Assembly (NCBI GenBank): GCA_963974675.1
Contig: CAXBDQ010000012.1
Span: forward strand, 6,354 to 70,353
Direction of reading: 5' to 3'
Length of the DNA stretch: 64,000 bases
Source of the DNA: an uncultured Porticoccus sp.
Lineage (GTDB): Bacteria; Pseudomonadota; Gammaproteobacteria; Pseudomonadales; Porticoccaceae
Shown here: positions 22,095 through 34,107 of the stretch, piece after piece
Position numbering within the stretch: the stretch's first letter is position 1
Layout: every line of letters starts with the position of its first letter
Notes under the pieces: generated by a model
Databases searched by the model: none
Seen by the model: the letters and a program-made list of their open reading frames with translations, nothing else
What the model was told of the DNA's origin: nothing
Translations under genes and position numbers: made by a program

Positions 22095-22189
22095 AAACGA
22101 AGGCGAAATTATACCTACCCATAGGGATTAAAAACAGATTAGGGTCTGATTATATTGATGTTTGGAATTTTATAGATGTCTTGGCTCGC

Positions 22190-23785
22190 TTAGTGATGTT
22201 TAAGGTGTGAAGGTCTAAAGCCTCCCACCAGAAGAAATAGCACATAAGCCACAACACCTGCCCCACAGATCAAGCCCATCCAGCCGGCTCTCTGCCACCA
22301 TAGCCATTCCGCCCAATCATTAAGGTTTAAAGTCAACCCATAGAGAGCAACACACATGGCAGTATTCGCCATTAGCGACATCAAAATAAATTTACGCCAC
22401 CCAGGTTCTGGCGTGTAAACACGCCCTGTTCGCAAACCACGGAATAACAAAATGGCGTTTAGTATGGCGGATAAGGAGGTGGCCAAGGCCAAACCCACAT
22501 GACCAACCCCCCAATAGAAATGCAACGGTACCGCTAAAACAATATTAAGCACCATGTTCGTCACAAGAGCTATAACGCCTATACGCACAGGGGTTCTCAT
22601 ATCTTGGCGAGCAAAATATCCCGGCGCCAAAACCTTAATCAACATAAAGGCAACGAGTCCAGCTGCATAAGCACGCAAACTCAGTGTCGCCATTGCTATA
22701 TCACGAGCGGTCATGGCATCCCCATAGTAAAACAATGTGAGCAATATGGGTTCGGCCAAAATAATCAGTGCCAGTGCAGCGGGTATGGCGATAAGCAATA
22801 TCATCCGTAACGCCCAATCCATAGTGGCGCTAAATCTCTCAAGGGTGTCTGCCGCATGCTGCCTAGATAGGCTGGGTAAGACTACGGTGGCAATGGCAAC
22901 ACCAAAAACACCCAACGGCAATTCAGACAAACGATCAGAATAGTAAAGCCATGAAATACTCCCCGTGGGAAGAAATGAAGCAATCATGGTGTCCAGCAAC
23001 AAGTTTATCTGGCTCACGGAGACACCAAAAATTGCAGGCGCCATTAACCGTAAAATTCGGGCCACACCCTCATCTCGCCAATCTAGCGTCGGCGATGGCA
23101 CCATATGAATCTTCGCCAAAAATGGCAATTGAAAGAGCAACTGAACAACACCTGCTGCCAACACCCCCCACGCCAAAGCATATACAGGCTCTTCAAACCA
23201 CGGTGAGACAAAAATTGCCGCAACGATCAATGAAATATTTAAAAATACCGGCGTAACCGCGGGAATTGCAAAGCGATCATAGCTATTGAGAATAGCGCCA
23301 GCCAAACCGGTAAGAGAAATCAACATCAGGTAAGGAAAAGTAATTCGCAACATGCCGCTGGCAGCAGCAAACTTATCGGGGTAATCCAGCCAAAAACCGA
23401 AGGCAAAAATCCCCGTCATCAGAGGGGACGCAATAACCACCAACACCGTGACGGCTATCAATATAGAACCCAAAGCACCAGCGACTTTATCTACTAGGAC
23501 CTTAACTGCCGCTTGGCTGCCAGTCTCTCGGTACTCTGCCAAGACAGGAACAAATGCCTGTGAAAACGCCCCTTCAGCAAATAAACGTCGAAAAAAATTG
23601 GGAATTTTAAATGCCACAAAAAAGGCATCAGCCATCGCATCGGCGCCAATCACCCGGGCAAAAACGATATCGCGCAGCAAACCCAACACCCTGGATAGCA
23701 TCGTCATGGAGCTGACCACACCGCTGGAGCGCAATAGTTTTGATGATTTTACTGGCGGGGGTTTTGGTTCTTTCTCTCTATCCAT
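22190..23785 (-). CDS. murJ: Lipid II flippase MurJ (MviN)
   Basis: SRVLGLLRD, AFKIPNFFRRLFAEGAFSQAFVP, DRLSELPLG; divergent from rpsT. Confidence 0.96.
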   Translation of the reverse strand: MDREKEPKPPPVKSSKLLRSSGVVSSMTMLSRVLGLLRDIVFARVIGADAMADAFFVAFKIPNFFRRLFAEGAFSQAFVPVLAEYRETGSQAAVKVLVDKVAGALGSILIAVTVLVVIASPLMTGIFAFGFWLDYPDKFAAASGMLRITFPYLMLISLTGLAGAILNSYDRFAIPAVTPVFLNISLIVAAIFVSPWFEEPVYALAWGVLAAGVVQLLFQLPFLAKIHMVPSPTLDWRDEGVARILRLMAPAIFGVSVSQINLLLDTMIASFLPTGSISWLYYSDRLSELPLGVFGVAIATVVLPSLSRQHAADTLERFSATMDWALRMILLIAIPAALALIILAEPILLTLFYYGDAMTARDIAMATLSLRAYAAGLVAFMLIKVLAPGYFARQDMRTPVRIGVIALVTNMVLNIVLAVPLHFYWGVGHVGLALATSLSAILNAILLFRGLRTGRVYTPEPGWRKFILMSLMANTAMCVALYGLTLNLNDWAEWLWWQRAGWMGLICGAGVVAYVLFLLVGGFRPSHLKHH

Positions 23786-23989
23786 GTCTTGATGATGCAA
23801 ACTCGAAGTCTCTGCCTTGCCTTAAAATAAGTTGTACCAAAATCGATCGTAGCGACTTTAACATATAGTGGCTTTAACACTATGATCATAGTCGCGTTGC
23901 CGCAACTACTAGGAATTATTACGAAAAACCTCAATATCACCCTAATCAATATCTAACCCCTTTATATTATTTTTTCAGCACAATGCATG

Positions 23990-24018
23990 TTGATCAATAG
24001 GGGTAAACGTTGTATATT
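23990..24018 (+). promoter_or_regulatory. sigma70 promoter of rpsT
   Basis: TTGATC-N17-TATATT with an extended TG. Confidence 0.55.
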
Positions 24019-24064
24019 CCCGCGCCTTGAATTCAGACTCATTGGTATAAAAAGGAGTACTTAG

Positions 24065-24334
24065 GTGGCTAACTCACCCCAAGCACGCAAAAGAGCGCGC
24101 CAGAACGAAAAAAGTCGCAAGCACAATGCCAGCCTGCGCTCCATGGTACGCACTTACCTTAAAAAGACTTATGCGGCCATAGAATCAGGTGAAGCAGAAG
24201 CAGCGCAAGCGGCTTACAACGCGGTTGTACCTATACTTGACCGCATCGCCGACAAAGGTATTATCCACAAGAATAAGGCTGCCCGTCACAAAAGCCGCCT
24301 GAATGCTCAAGTTAAGGCTCTTGCCGCTAGCTAA
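24065..24334 (+). CDS. rpsT: 30S ribosomal protein S20
   Basis: [16 protein letters not shown]...[14 protein letters not shown]; GTG start, RBS aaggag. Confidence 0.98.
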   Translation: MANSPQARKRARQNEKSRKHNASLRSMVRTYLKKTYAAIESGEAEAAQAAYNAVVPILDRIADKGIIHKNKAARHKSRLNAQVKALAAS

Positions 24335-24366
24335 AAGTATTCTGCTTCCGACAATTGAAGCTCTTG

Positions 24367-24396
24367 AAAAAAAACCGGCGTTCTGCCGGTTTTTTT
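24367..24396 (+). terminator. Terminator after rpsT, probably bidirectional
   Basis: A8-ccggc-gttct-gccgg-T7. Confidence 0.88.
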
Positions 24397-24549
24397 GTGC
24401 GCCTATTAAACGACCCATCTAAATGAGCCATCGATTTCTGTAGGAAGGTAACAATAGGTAAAGCTATGTATTAGCCCAGATGAAAACTTGGCACACCCGG
24501 CCAGCCATTCTACTTAAGCCGCCTCACCATCTAACACAATTGCAACCAC

Positions 24550-25689
24550 TTAACTTAGCACCAAGTTATCACGATGAATCAATTCCTTATCATCACAATA
24601 ACCTAATATTTCTGTAATCCTACTGCTGCTTTTACCAATAATCTGCCGACTTTCTGAAGCGCTATAATTAACCAATCCACGGCCCACTTCTGCACCAGAC
24701 TCATCGACACAACGAACCATATCGCCTCGATGAAAATCACCCCCAACGGATCGCACACCGACGGGAAGTAAACTCTTCCCCTGATCCTTCAACACGCGAA
24801 CAGCCCCTGGATCCAGCACCAACGAACCGCAGGCTTGCAACCTACCGGCCAACCATTGCTTTCTAGCCGCAATGGGTTCCTTCTCAGCCACCAGCAATGT
24901 GCCTAGAATTTCACCCTCAAACAATCGAAGGATCGAATGATCTAAGCGACCACCAACAATTATGGTATTTGCACCGGAACGAGCCGCCAACTTTGCGGCT
25001 TTGAGCTTGGTAATCATACCTCCACGCCCCAAACTACCGCCGCCGCCAGCCAGCAAATCAAGCGCTGGATCCCCAGCATTGCCTTGGGAAATTAACTGCG
25101 CTTTTGGATTGTTTCTGGGGTCTGCATCGAAAAGACCATCTTGGTCCGTAAGAATCACCAACAAATCAGCATCAATGAGATTTGCCACCATGGCAGCCAG
25201 AGTATCGTTGTCACCAAAACGAATTTGATCCGTTACCACGGTGTCATTTTCATTAATGATGGGCACCACGCCCAGTTCAAGTAGTGTTTGCAGTGTATTG
25301 CGGGCATTAAGGTAACGCTCACGATTTGAAATATCATCGTGATCCAAAAGAACCTGCGCTGTGTGCCGCTCATATTGCTGGAACTGGAATTCATAGGCTT
25401 GCACCAGCCCCATTTGCCCAACAGCCGCCGCCGCTTGCAGGCCATGAATTGACGAAGGACGCTGACTCCAGCCTAGCCTAGACATTCCCTCGGCGACCGC
25501 ACCAGAAGACACCATCACGACTTCAATGCCCTGCTCAAGCAAGGCCGCCACCTGCCCCACCCAGCCGGCAATAGCCTCGCGATCAAGACCACGGCCATCA
25601 GCCGTCAACAATGCGCTACCAATTTTTATGACCCACCGCTTGGCATTTTTCACCTTATGCCGGTCACTTACCTTATCTTGCTCGGCCAT
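24550..25689 (-). CDS. proB: Glutamate 5-kinase with PUA domain
   Basis: [37 protein letters not shown]. Confidence 0.97.
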   Translation of the reverse strand: MAEQDKVSDRHKVKNAKRWVIKIGSALLTADGRGLDREAIAGWVGQVAALLEQGIEVVMVSSGAVAEGMSRLGWSQRPSSIHGLQAAAAVGQMGLVQAYEFQFQQYERHTAQVLLDHDDISNRERYLNARNTLQTLLELGVVPIINENDTVVTDQIRFGDNDTLAAMVANLIDADLLVILTDQDGLFDADPRNNPKAQLISQGNAGDPALDLLAGGGGSLGRGGMITKLKAAKLAARSGANTIIVGGRLDHSILRLFEGEILGTLLVAEKEPIAARKQWLAGRLQACGSLVLDPGAVRVLKDQGKSLLPVGVRSVGGDFHRGDMVRCVDESGAEVGRGLVNYSASESRQIIGKSSSRITEILGYCDDKELIHRDNLVLS

Positions 25690-25810
25690 ATCTATTCAGA
25701 TGCTCGCACTATTATTTTTTATAGTTCTTTTGGTTCTTTTAAACTTTCAATAAAACACTAATTTTCAGTATAACGCTTAATTTTTCATAAACTTAGAGAT
25801 GCTTCCTCAC

Positions 25811-27031
<1,221 letters not shown>

Positions 27032-27164
27032 TTAAAGTCTTAAATCGACTTCAAAAAATAGAGTATACAGTGTCTGATAGTGCGTTATCAGCCACCCATC
27101 GGGCAGATATTCAGCAAAACACACGCAAAAGCCGAACAACAAAACAAATATAAACTTTAACAAC

Positions 27165-27190
27165 AAAAAAGCCCCGCAATGCGGGGCTTT
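27165..27190 (-). terminator. Terminator after rpmA
   Basis: Minus strand aaagccccgc-att-gcggggc followed by T6. Confidence 0.85.
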
Positions 27191-27225
27191 AACTTCAAAA
27201 AAAAGAAGTGTTCTAATTTATTGCC

Positions 27226-27483
27226 TTACGCAGTAACAATATTCACATATTTACGGTTTTTTGGACCCTTAACAGTGAATTTTACTTCTCCAGGGGCTGT
27301 AGCAAAAATCGTGTGATCACGACCAATACCCACATTATTGCCGGGATGGAATTTAGTGCCACGCTGACGAACAATAATGTTCCCAGATGCTACTTGCTCA
27401 CCACCGAAACGCTTAACGCCTAGGCGTTTACTTTCCGAATCGCGACCGTTACGGGTACTACCACCAGCTTTCTTATGAGCCAT
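27226..27483 (-). CDS. rpmA: 50S ribosomal protein L27
   Basis: [24 protein letters not shown]. Confidence 0.99.
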   Translation of the reverse strand: MAHKKAGGSTRNGRDSESKRLGVKRFGGEQVASGNIIVRQRGTKFHPGNNVGIGRDHTIFATAPGEVKFTVKGPKNRKYVNIVTA

Positions 27484-27502
27484 GTCGTTCTCCTATCTAA
27501 CC

Positions 27503-27817
27503 TTAACCAGCGCTAATGCTAGTAATTTTAACTTCGGTGAACCACTGGCGGTGGCCCATTTGTTTGCGGCTGTGCTTACGACGATTAAACTTGATAATTT
27601 TTACTTTATCAGCACGACCATGGCTCAATATTTCGCCTGTCACCTTGCCACCCTCAACAAGAGGTGCGCCAATTTTTATATTGTCGCCATCTGCGACCAT
27701 CAGCACTTCATCAAAATTAATACTTTCACCTGTAGCCACATCCAGCTTCTCGAGACGCAGGAATTCACCTTCCTGCACACGATGCTGCTTGCCACCACTT
27801 TTAATTACTGCGTACAT
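27503..27817 (-). CDS. rplU: 50S ribosomal protein L21
   Basis: [14 protein letters not shown]...[14 protein letters not shown]. Confidence 0.99.
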   Translation of the reverse strand: MYAVIKSGGKQHRVQEGEFLRLEKLDVATGESINFDEVLMVADGDNIKIGAPLVEGGKVTGEILSHGRADKVKIIKFNRRKHSRKQMGHRQWFTEVKITSISAG

Positions 27818-27895
27818 ATCATCAACTCCATATTCGCGTATGCCAGTTCGACGCCCTGAGAACGATTTCTCTAGGCCGGTTTTGCGAGGGCGGCA

Positions 27896-27924
27896 ATTCT
27901 AAGTCAAACCCCCCACTATCGCAA
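27896..27924 (-). promoter_or_regulatory. sigma70 promoter of rplU-rpmA
   Basis: Minus strand TTGCGA-N17-TAGAAT. Confidence 0.65.
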
Positions 27925-27965
27925 GGAAAAATTGGCTTAAAATCCAGCAATAATGCGCCATTCAC

Positions 27966-27994
27966 TTGACAGCTCTCCCACCCAACCCTAGGAT
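27966..27994 (+). promoter_or_regulatory. sigma70 promoter of ispB
   Basis: TTGACA-N17-TAGGAT. Confidence 0.7.
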
Positions 27995-28051
27995 GCCAAC
28001 GCGTCCATATTTAGGGACAAAATCAATAAAACAAACGTACAGGGCTTTGGC

Positions 28052-29014
28052 ATGTTGCCGTTTCACCAAGTGGTTAAATCTGAGTTTGACCAAGTCAACG
28101 AATTGATCATTAACCGACTTAACTCTGAAGTAGGATTGGTAGAAAACATAGGCCAGTACATTATTGATGCAGGCGGCAAACGTCTAAGGCCGCTATTAGT
28201 CCTGCTTAGCGCCAATAGCTGTGGCTATCAGGGCTCTCAACATGCCGCGCTGGCAGCAATCATCGAGTTCATTCACACAGCCACACTACTCCATGATGAT
28301 GTCGTCGACACCTCAGACCTCCGACGTGGCAGAGCAACAGCAAATGCCAAATTTGGCAATGCGCCGAGCGTACTAGTCGGTGACTTCCTCTATTCCCGCG
28401 CATTTCAGATGCTTGTTGAAATCGGCAACATGAATATCATGAAAATTATTGCCGACACTACCAACATTATTTCTGAAGGAGAAGTTCAGCAACTTATTAA
28501 TGCCGGCAATCCTGACACCAGCGAAGCTGCCTACAATGAAGTGATTCGCAAGAAAACAGCCCAGCTGTTTGACGCCGCGGCAGAAACCGGAGCTCTACTC
28601 GCTGGAGCCTCACCAAAACAGCAGGCCGCTATGGGTCGCTATGGCCACCACCTAGGCATGGCATTCCAGCTAGTAGATGACGCGCTAGACTATAACGGCA
28701 ACACCAAAGACTTAGGCAAAAATATTGGTGATGACCTTGCCGAAGGAAAACCAACACTACCACTCATCTATGCCATGAAAAACGGGACGCAAGAGCAAGC
28801 AACCCTTATTCGTCAAACTATAGAAGAAGGCGGGATCGAAAAAATGGATGCTATTCTAGAGGCCATCAATACTACCGGCGCCCTAGCTTACACGATGAAT
28901 TGTGCGAAGAAGCATGCCCTACAAGCTAAAATCTGCCTGAAGGATCTGCCTAACTCCCGCGAACAAAAAGCACTCCTTGAACTTGCCGACTTTTCCATTC
29001 AACGGACGTCCTAA
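28052..29014 (+). CDS. ispB: Octaprenyl diphosphate synthase
   Basis: GGKRLRP, LHDDVVD, FQLVDDALD, GKNIGDDLAEGKPTLP. Confidence 0.96.
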   Translation: MLPFHQVVKSEFDQVNELIINRLNSEVGLVENIGQYIIDAGGKRLRPLLVLLSANSCGYQGSQHAALAAIIEFIHTATLLHDDVVDTSDLRRGRATANAKFGNAPSVLVGDFLYSRAFQMLVEIGNMNIMKIIADTTNIISEGEVQQLINAGNPDTSEAAYNEVIRKKTAQLFDAAAETGALLAGASPKQQAAMGRYGHHLGMAFQLVDDALDYNGNTKDLGKNIGDDLAEGKPTLPLIYAMKNGTQEQATLIRQTIEEGGIEKMDAILEAINTTGALAYTMNCAKKHALQAKICLKDLPNSREQKALLELADFSIQRTS

Positions 29015-29203
29015 CTCTGTTTGAGAACAGTTCACCTTGCCTGAAAACCCGCCTAACTTTAGCCCACCTCTCCACAATGGAGGTACAACCCCTTATTTTC
29101 TGGACTTAACACTCAGATCAGATAAAATCCCGCCCTTCGACCCAAAATCATAAAATCTGAAAAGCTCAGGGTAACGAGTTAGATAGCAGAGGCCAATTAA
29201 TCA

Positions 29204-29734
29204 ATGACGACCTTCATTCCACAATCGCAGAACTCATACACCCGTGAGGAAATTATTGCTTGTAGCCAAGGAAAACTGTTTGGCGAAGGTAATGCCCAGC
29301 TACCCGGCGATAATATGCTGATGGTGGACAGAATTACCCATATTCATGCGGGTGAAGGTAAATTTGGCAAGGGAGTCATGACTGCTGAGCTAGACATCCG
29401 ACCAGACCTCTGGTTCTTCGGATGCCACTTTGAAGGTGATCCAGTGATGCCGGGATGCCTTGGTCTCGATGCCATGTGGCAGCTCACTGGTTTTTTTCTG
29501 GCATGGAAGGGCAACCCTGGACGCGGACGCGCATTAGGATCGGGAGAAGTAAAATTCTTTGGCCAGGTCCTGCCAGAAGCCAAACTGATCACTTACCGTA
29601 TTGATGTTTCACGGATTGTTGAACGCAAGCTAAAAATGGTGATCGCTAACGGCACTGTCTCTGTCGATGGCCGTGAAATTTATACCGCCAAAGACCTCAG
29701 GGTTGGCTTATTTGAATCAACTGACAACTTTTAA
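29204..29734 (+). CDS. fabA: 3-hydroxyacyl-ACP dehydratase/isomerase FabA
   Basis: [39 protein letters not shown]. Confidence 0.97.
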   Translation: MTTFIPQSQNSYTREEIIACSQGKLFGEGNAQLPGDNMLMVDRITHIHAGEGKFGKGVMTAELDIRPDLWFFGCHFEGDPVMPGCLGLDAMWQLTGFFLAWKGNPGRGRALGSGEVKFFGQVLPEAKLITYRIDVSRIVERKLKMVIANGTVSVDGREIYTAKDLRVGLFESTDNF

Positions 29735-29801
29735 TACTTTCGATTATAATTAATCCTTTAGATGACAATGACCGGATTTTTTACCGGCATAGGGGTAGGC
29801 A

Positions 29802-31016
29802 ATGAAACGCGTGGTAATTACCGGAATGGGGATTGTCTCCTGCTTAGGTAATGACAAAGAAACTGTCACTGAGTCTTTGCGAGAATGTAAATCAGGCATA
29901 GCCTTCAGAGAAGACTTCAAGGAAATGGGGCTACGTTGCAACGTAGCAGCCAAACTGGATCTCGATGTGGCAGAACATATTGATCGCAAAGTTCTGCGCT
30001 TCATGGGGCCTTCTGCTGCCTATGGTTACATTGCTATGGGCCAGGCCATTGCTGATGCAGGGCTAACCGAAGATCAGGTCTCCAATGTACGCACCGGGCT
30101 GGTTATGGGCTCTGGTGGCGTTTCAGGTGAAATGTTCACTGAAACCATTGATGTCATGCGCGAACGCGGTATCAAGCGAGCGGGCCCTTATAGGGTGACA
30201 CAAATCATGGCAAGTACTGTTTCTGCTTGTCTCGCAACCCCTTACAAAATCAAGGGAACCAACTATTCTATCTCGTCAGCCTGCGCGACAAGTGCCCACT
30301 GTATTGGCCACGCTATGGAATTAATCCAAATGGGCAAGCAAGATATGGTTTTTGCTGGCGGCGCAGAAGATATGCACTGGTCAATGGCTGGTATGTTTGA
30401 TGCAATGGGTGCCCTATCCAGTAAATACAATGACACCCCAGAGCTGGCCTCCCGCGCTTATGATGCTGATCGTGACGGTTTCGTTCCTGGTGTTGGCGCT
30501 GGCTGCTTGGTCGTAGAAGAATTGGAACATGCGCTTGCACGTGGCGCGACGATTTACGCAGAGATTGTTGGTTATGGTGCTACATCAGATGGCTATGACA
30601 TGGTAGCGCCCTCCGGTGAAGGAGCAGCGCGCTGTATGGAAATGGCCATGGAAACCACAGATGGCAGTATTGACTACATCAACACTCATGGCACCAGCAC
30701 ACCAGTGGGTGACCTAGCAGAACTGAAAGCAATAAGGGCTGTTTTTGGCGATAAGGCCCCCCCCATCAGCTCCACCAAATCACTTTCAGGGCATGGTTTA
30801 GGTGCAGCGGGTGCTCAAGAAGCTATTTTTAGCCTGCTGATGATGCAGAATGACTTTATCTGCGCATCAGCCAATCTTGATACAATTGACCCAGAGGCCG
30901 CGGATTTACCCATCGTTGCCAAGCGTATAGACAACGCCAACTTGCAGCGAGTTATGTCCAATAGCTTTGGTTTTGGTGGCACAAATGCATCGTTGGTTTT
31001 ACAAAAATATAGTTAA
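29802..31016 (+). CDS. fabB: Beta-ketoacyl-ACP synthase I FabB
   Basis: [40 protein letters not shown]. Confidence 0.96.
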   Translation: MKRVVITGMGIVSCLGNDKETVTESLRECKSGIAFREDFKEMGLRCNVAAKLDLDVAEHIDRKVLRFMGPSAAYGYIAMGQAIADAGLTEDQVSNVRTGLVMGSGGVSGEMFTETIDVMRERGIKRAGPYRVTQIMASTVSACLATPYKIKGTNYSISSACATSAHCIGHAMELIQMGKQDMVFAGGAEDMHWSMAGMFDAMGALSSKYNDTPELASRAYDADRDGFVPGVGAGCLVVEELEHALARGATIYAEIVGYGATSDGYDMVAPSGEGAARCMEMAMETTDGSIDYINTHGTSTPVGDLAELKAIRAVFGDKAPPISSTKSLSGHGLGAAGAQEAIFSLLMMQNDFICASANLDTIDPEAADLPIVAKRIDNANLQRVMSNSFGFGGTNASLVLQKYS

Positions 31017-31043
31017 CTCGCTCGGCTGGACGCAAAGTGGCAC

Positions 31044-31077
31044 AAAAAAAGGGAGAGTTTTAGCTCTCCCTTTTTTT
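31044..31077 (+). terminator. Terminator after fabB
   Basis: A7-gggagag-ttttag-ctctccc-T7. Confidence 0.9.
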
Positions 31078-31208
31078 ATTCGACTATTCCATTCTGAAAC
31101 ATTCAAAAAAAATAATTCTACCTAATAATACGCAATGAAGATTTCACACGCCCCACCAAAACACGCTATTCTTAACATCTAACTACACGCTTAAATAGGG
31201 CAAATACA

Positions 31209-31844
31209 ATGAAGCTTTATGACTATCCTGGCGTCCCAAACCCTCGCCGCTTAAACATCTTTATGTCCGAAAAAGACATTCATATACCACGAGTCAACAT
31301 TGACTTACTAAAAGGTGAGCAGTTTGAACCTGCGTTTAGAAAAAAAAGCCCTAACTGCGATGTACCCACACTAGAATTGGACGATGGAACCTGTATATCC
31401 CAAACCAATGCCATTTGCCGTTACTTGGAAACATTACATCCGGAGCCACTCTTATACGGCACAACACCAAAAGAAATTGGTCTTATTGAAATGTGGAATC
31501 AAATTTGCTTTACCAACGGCTTTCAAGCCGCAGCAGATTTATTCCGAAATGGACCCGATTGGTTTGATGGCAGGGCATTAATCGGGCCCCACGACTACGA
31601 AAAAATACCGCAACTGGTAGACCGTGGCCATCAACGCATCCTGCATTTTTATGATGATATTGACCGCCATTTAGCGACCCAATGTTACTTTTCTGGGAAT
31701 CACTTTTCAGTCGCGGACATTACTGCGCTAGTCACCGTAGATTTTGCTCAATGGGCAAAGGTAAAAATTCCCAGTCATCACAAAAACCTGCTTCACTGGC
31801 ATGCATTGGTATCAGAACGTCCTAGCGTCCAAGCGAACAGCTAG
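31209..31844 (+). CDS. Glutathione S-transferase family protein
   Basis: PNPRRLNIF, VPTLELDDGTCISQTNAICRYLE, FSVADIT. Confidence 0.9.
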   Translation: MKLYDYPGVPNPRRLNIFMSEKDIHIPRVNIDLLKGEQFEPAFRKKSPNCDVPTLELDDGTCISQTNAICRYLETLHPEPLLYGTTPKEIGLIEMWNQICFTNGFQAAADLFRNGPDWFDGRALIGPHDYEKIPQLVDRGHQRILHFYDDIDRHLATQCYFSGNHFSVADITALVTVDFAQWAKVKIPSHHKNLLHWHALVSERPSVQANS

Positions 31845-32009
31845 ACATTCAAAACAACAGAGTTACTGATATCAGCCTTCCTACAAACCACGAAGCACAC
31901 CGCAAACATAATAAGAGGCCGTGACAGCAGACAGCATAAAAATTCCAAGGTAAACTTGTTAAAATTATTAAGTAACACTAATTGATCAACACTGACATTG
32001 GGGCAAAGT

Positions 32010-32501
32010 ATGGCTCGGGGTATCAACAAAGTAATTCTAGTAGGCAATTTGGGTAAAGATCCTGAGGCTAAATTCATGCCCAGTGGCAATGCTGTCACCA
32101 ATATTACAATAGCCACCAGTGAAAGCTGGAAAGACAAACAAACAGGTCAACAGCAAGAACGTACCGAATGGCACAGAGTTGTCTTCTTTAACAGACTGGC
32201 AGAGATTGCCAGTGAGTATTTAAAGAAAGGCTCAAAAGTGTATGTTGAAGGCTCACTACGTACGCGTAAGTGGCAAGGGCAGGATGGGCAAGATCGTTAC
32301 ACAACCGAGATCGTCGCCAGTGAAATGCAAATGCTGGATAGCCGCGGCGGTTCAGCTGGCAACTATGACAGTGATTCCATGCAACAAAATGCGCCCCAGA
32401 ACCAACCATCACAACCTAGCCAACAAGCCAATCAACAAAAAGAAGCGCCGGCAGCTTCCGACAGCGGCTTCAACAGTTTTGATGACGATATCCCCTTCTA
32501 A
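32010..32501 (+). CDS. ssb: Single-stranded DNA-binding protein
   Basis: [19 protein letters not shown]...; C-terminal acidic tip FDDDIPF. Confidence 0.99.
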   Translation: MARGINKVILVGNLGKDPEAKFMPSGNAVTNITIATSESWKDKQTGQQQERTEWHRVVFFNRLAEIASEYLKKGSKVYVEGSLRTRKWQGQDGQDRYTTEIVASEMQMLDSRGGSAGNYDSDSMQQNAPQNQPSQPSQQANQQKEAPAASDSGFNSFDDDIPF

Positions 32502-32538
32502 AAAAGACCTTAGATTTTATTTGTAAAAATATACGCTG

Positions 32539-32563
32539 AAGCCCCTTATTTAAGGGGCTTTTT
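32539..32563. terminator. Terminator between convergent ssb and the MFS gene
   Basis: aagcccctta-tt-taaggggctt followed by T's. Confidence 0.85.
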
Positions 32564-32620
32564 AGTTTTTTACACAATCAGACATTGATGCTTATGAGTT
32601 AAGGTCAGACTAAGCCAAGA

Positions 32621-33970
32621 TCAAACGGGGCGCCCAAGTACTTCTTCCATTGTTTCGGAACAAAACTCATCAATATCAATTTTGAAATACGCCAGCTGTT
32701 GCTCTGGAATAACAACGACATCACAGACCCCAGGAACTGGACCCACATAATCGTCAACTACTATGAGATCACTAGGTAAAAGTTGAACAACCAAACTTTT
32801 CAAATGACGAGGCTTTTTCATCGTTACAGCAGCAACAATCCATACCACAATTAATCCGGCCACCATTAAAAAAACCTGCGCATAACCAAAATGATGAGCC
32901 ACCAACCCGCCAGTAACACCACCTAAAAAGGCCCCGAGGAACTGGCTGGTAGAATATATCCCCATCGCCGTTCCCCTGCCCCCAGCAGGCGCAATTTTGC
33001 TGACAAGCGATGGTAATGTAGCCTCCAGCAAATTAAATGCCATAAAGAACACAAACAAACCCAACAAAAACCAACTTCGACTTTCCGAACCGCTACCTAG
33101 CAAGACTTCGCCTACAGCAAGTAATACCACAGCCCCAACAAACACTGGCTTCATTTTCCGCTTGGATTCAGCCACGATAATAAAAGGCAACATACAAAGG
33201 AATGAGAGCCCCATAGCGCCCAGATAAATTATCCAGTGTTGATCGCGACTGTAGGCCAGTGTTTGCTCCAAAATTAAAGGTACTGAGACCCAACTCGCCA
33301 TCTGGGCAAAATGTAAAATTCCGATACCCAAATTTAGGCGCAACAACTCACCATCTCGCAATAATGTTCCAAACATTGCGGGGATAGCCTGAGATTCAGC
33401 ATTTTGAACAGTAACAACCGGTGTAGGAACGATCACTATCAAAACCAAAATGCCACAAACAGCTAAGCCAGCTATTAGCCAAAACAATCCAGAAAGTCCC
33501 CACAGACTGGCCAAGACTGGACCAGACACCATGGAAATAGCAAAAGCAATACCAATACTCCCCCCCACAACGGCCATCGCTTTGGTACGGTTTTGCTCCG
33601 TTGTCAGATCGGACAAAAGCGCCATAATAGTACTGGCAACAGCCCCTGTTCCCTGCAAGGCTCGCCCGACTATTAACCCCCACATAGAATCGGACATAGC
33701 AGCTACGATGCTACCGCATAGAAAAAGTAACATCCCGCCAACAATGACGGGTTTTCGACCCACTTTGTCCGATAAAAAACCAAGAGGAATCTGAAACAGC
33801 CCCTGGGTCAGGCCGTAGATACCGAGAGCTACACCAATGAGGATTGCTGAACTGCCGGAATACTCTTGGGCGTAAAGCGACAAGACCGGCAACAACATAA
33901 ACAGGCCAAGCATACGAAAGGCATAAAGAGAAGCCAAACCAACAAGGCTTTTTCGTTCCAATGAATTCAT
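32621..33970 (-). CDS. yajR: MFS transporter, YajR-like
   Basis: FRMLGLFMLLPV, SDKVGRKPVI, GRALQG, NLLEATLPSLVSK; C-terminal YAM-like tail. Confidence 0.88.
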   Translation of the reverse strand: MNSLERKSLVGLASLYAFRMLGLFMLLPVLSLYAQEYSGSSAILIGVALGIYGLTQGLFQIPLGFLSDKVGRKPVIVGGMLLFLCGSIVAAMSDSMWGLIVGRALQGTGAVASTIMALLSDLTTEQNRTKAMAVVGGSIGIAFAISMVSGPVLASLWGLSGLFWLIAGLAVCGILVLIVIVPTPVVTVQNAESQAIPAMFGTLLRDGELLRLNLGIGILHFAQMASWVSVPLILEQTLAYSRDQHWIIYLGAMGLSFLCMLPFIIVAESKRKMKPVFVGAVVLLAVGEVLLGSGSESRSWFLLGLFVFFMAFNLLEATLPSLVSKIAPAGGRGTAMGIYSTSQFLGAFLGGVTGGLVAHHFGYAQVFLMVAGLIVVWIVAAVTMKKPRHLKSLVVQLLPSDLIVVDDYVGPVPGVCDVVVIPEQQLAYFKIDIDEFCSETMEEVLGRPV

Positions 33971-34107
33971 GGGAAATACAGCGCTACATCCAAGAGGAGC
34001 ACATTATAAATGCCATCGACCCAGAATGTAGATCTAAAGTTATAGATCTTTAGTATTTAGGCTATTGCCCAATAGAATTATCGATCTTTAACTTCATTAA
34101 ATGCCGA

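Noticed and set aside
29015-29040. FabR/DesT operator upstream of fabA (ctgtttgagaacagttcac)
   Set aside because: Dyad spacing does not fit the sites I recall, it is far from the likely promoter, and it may be a simple hairpin after ispB
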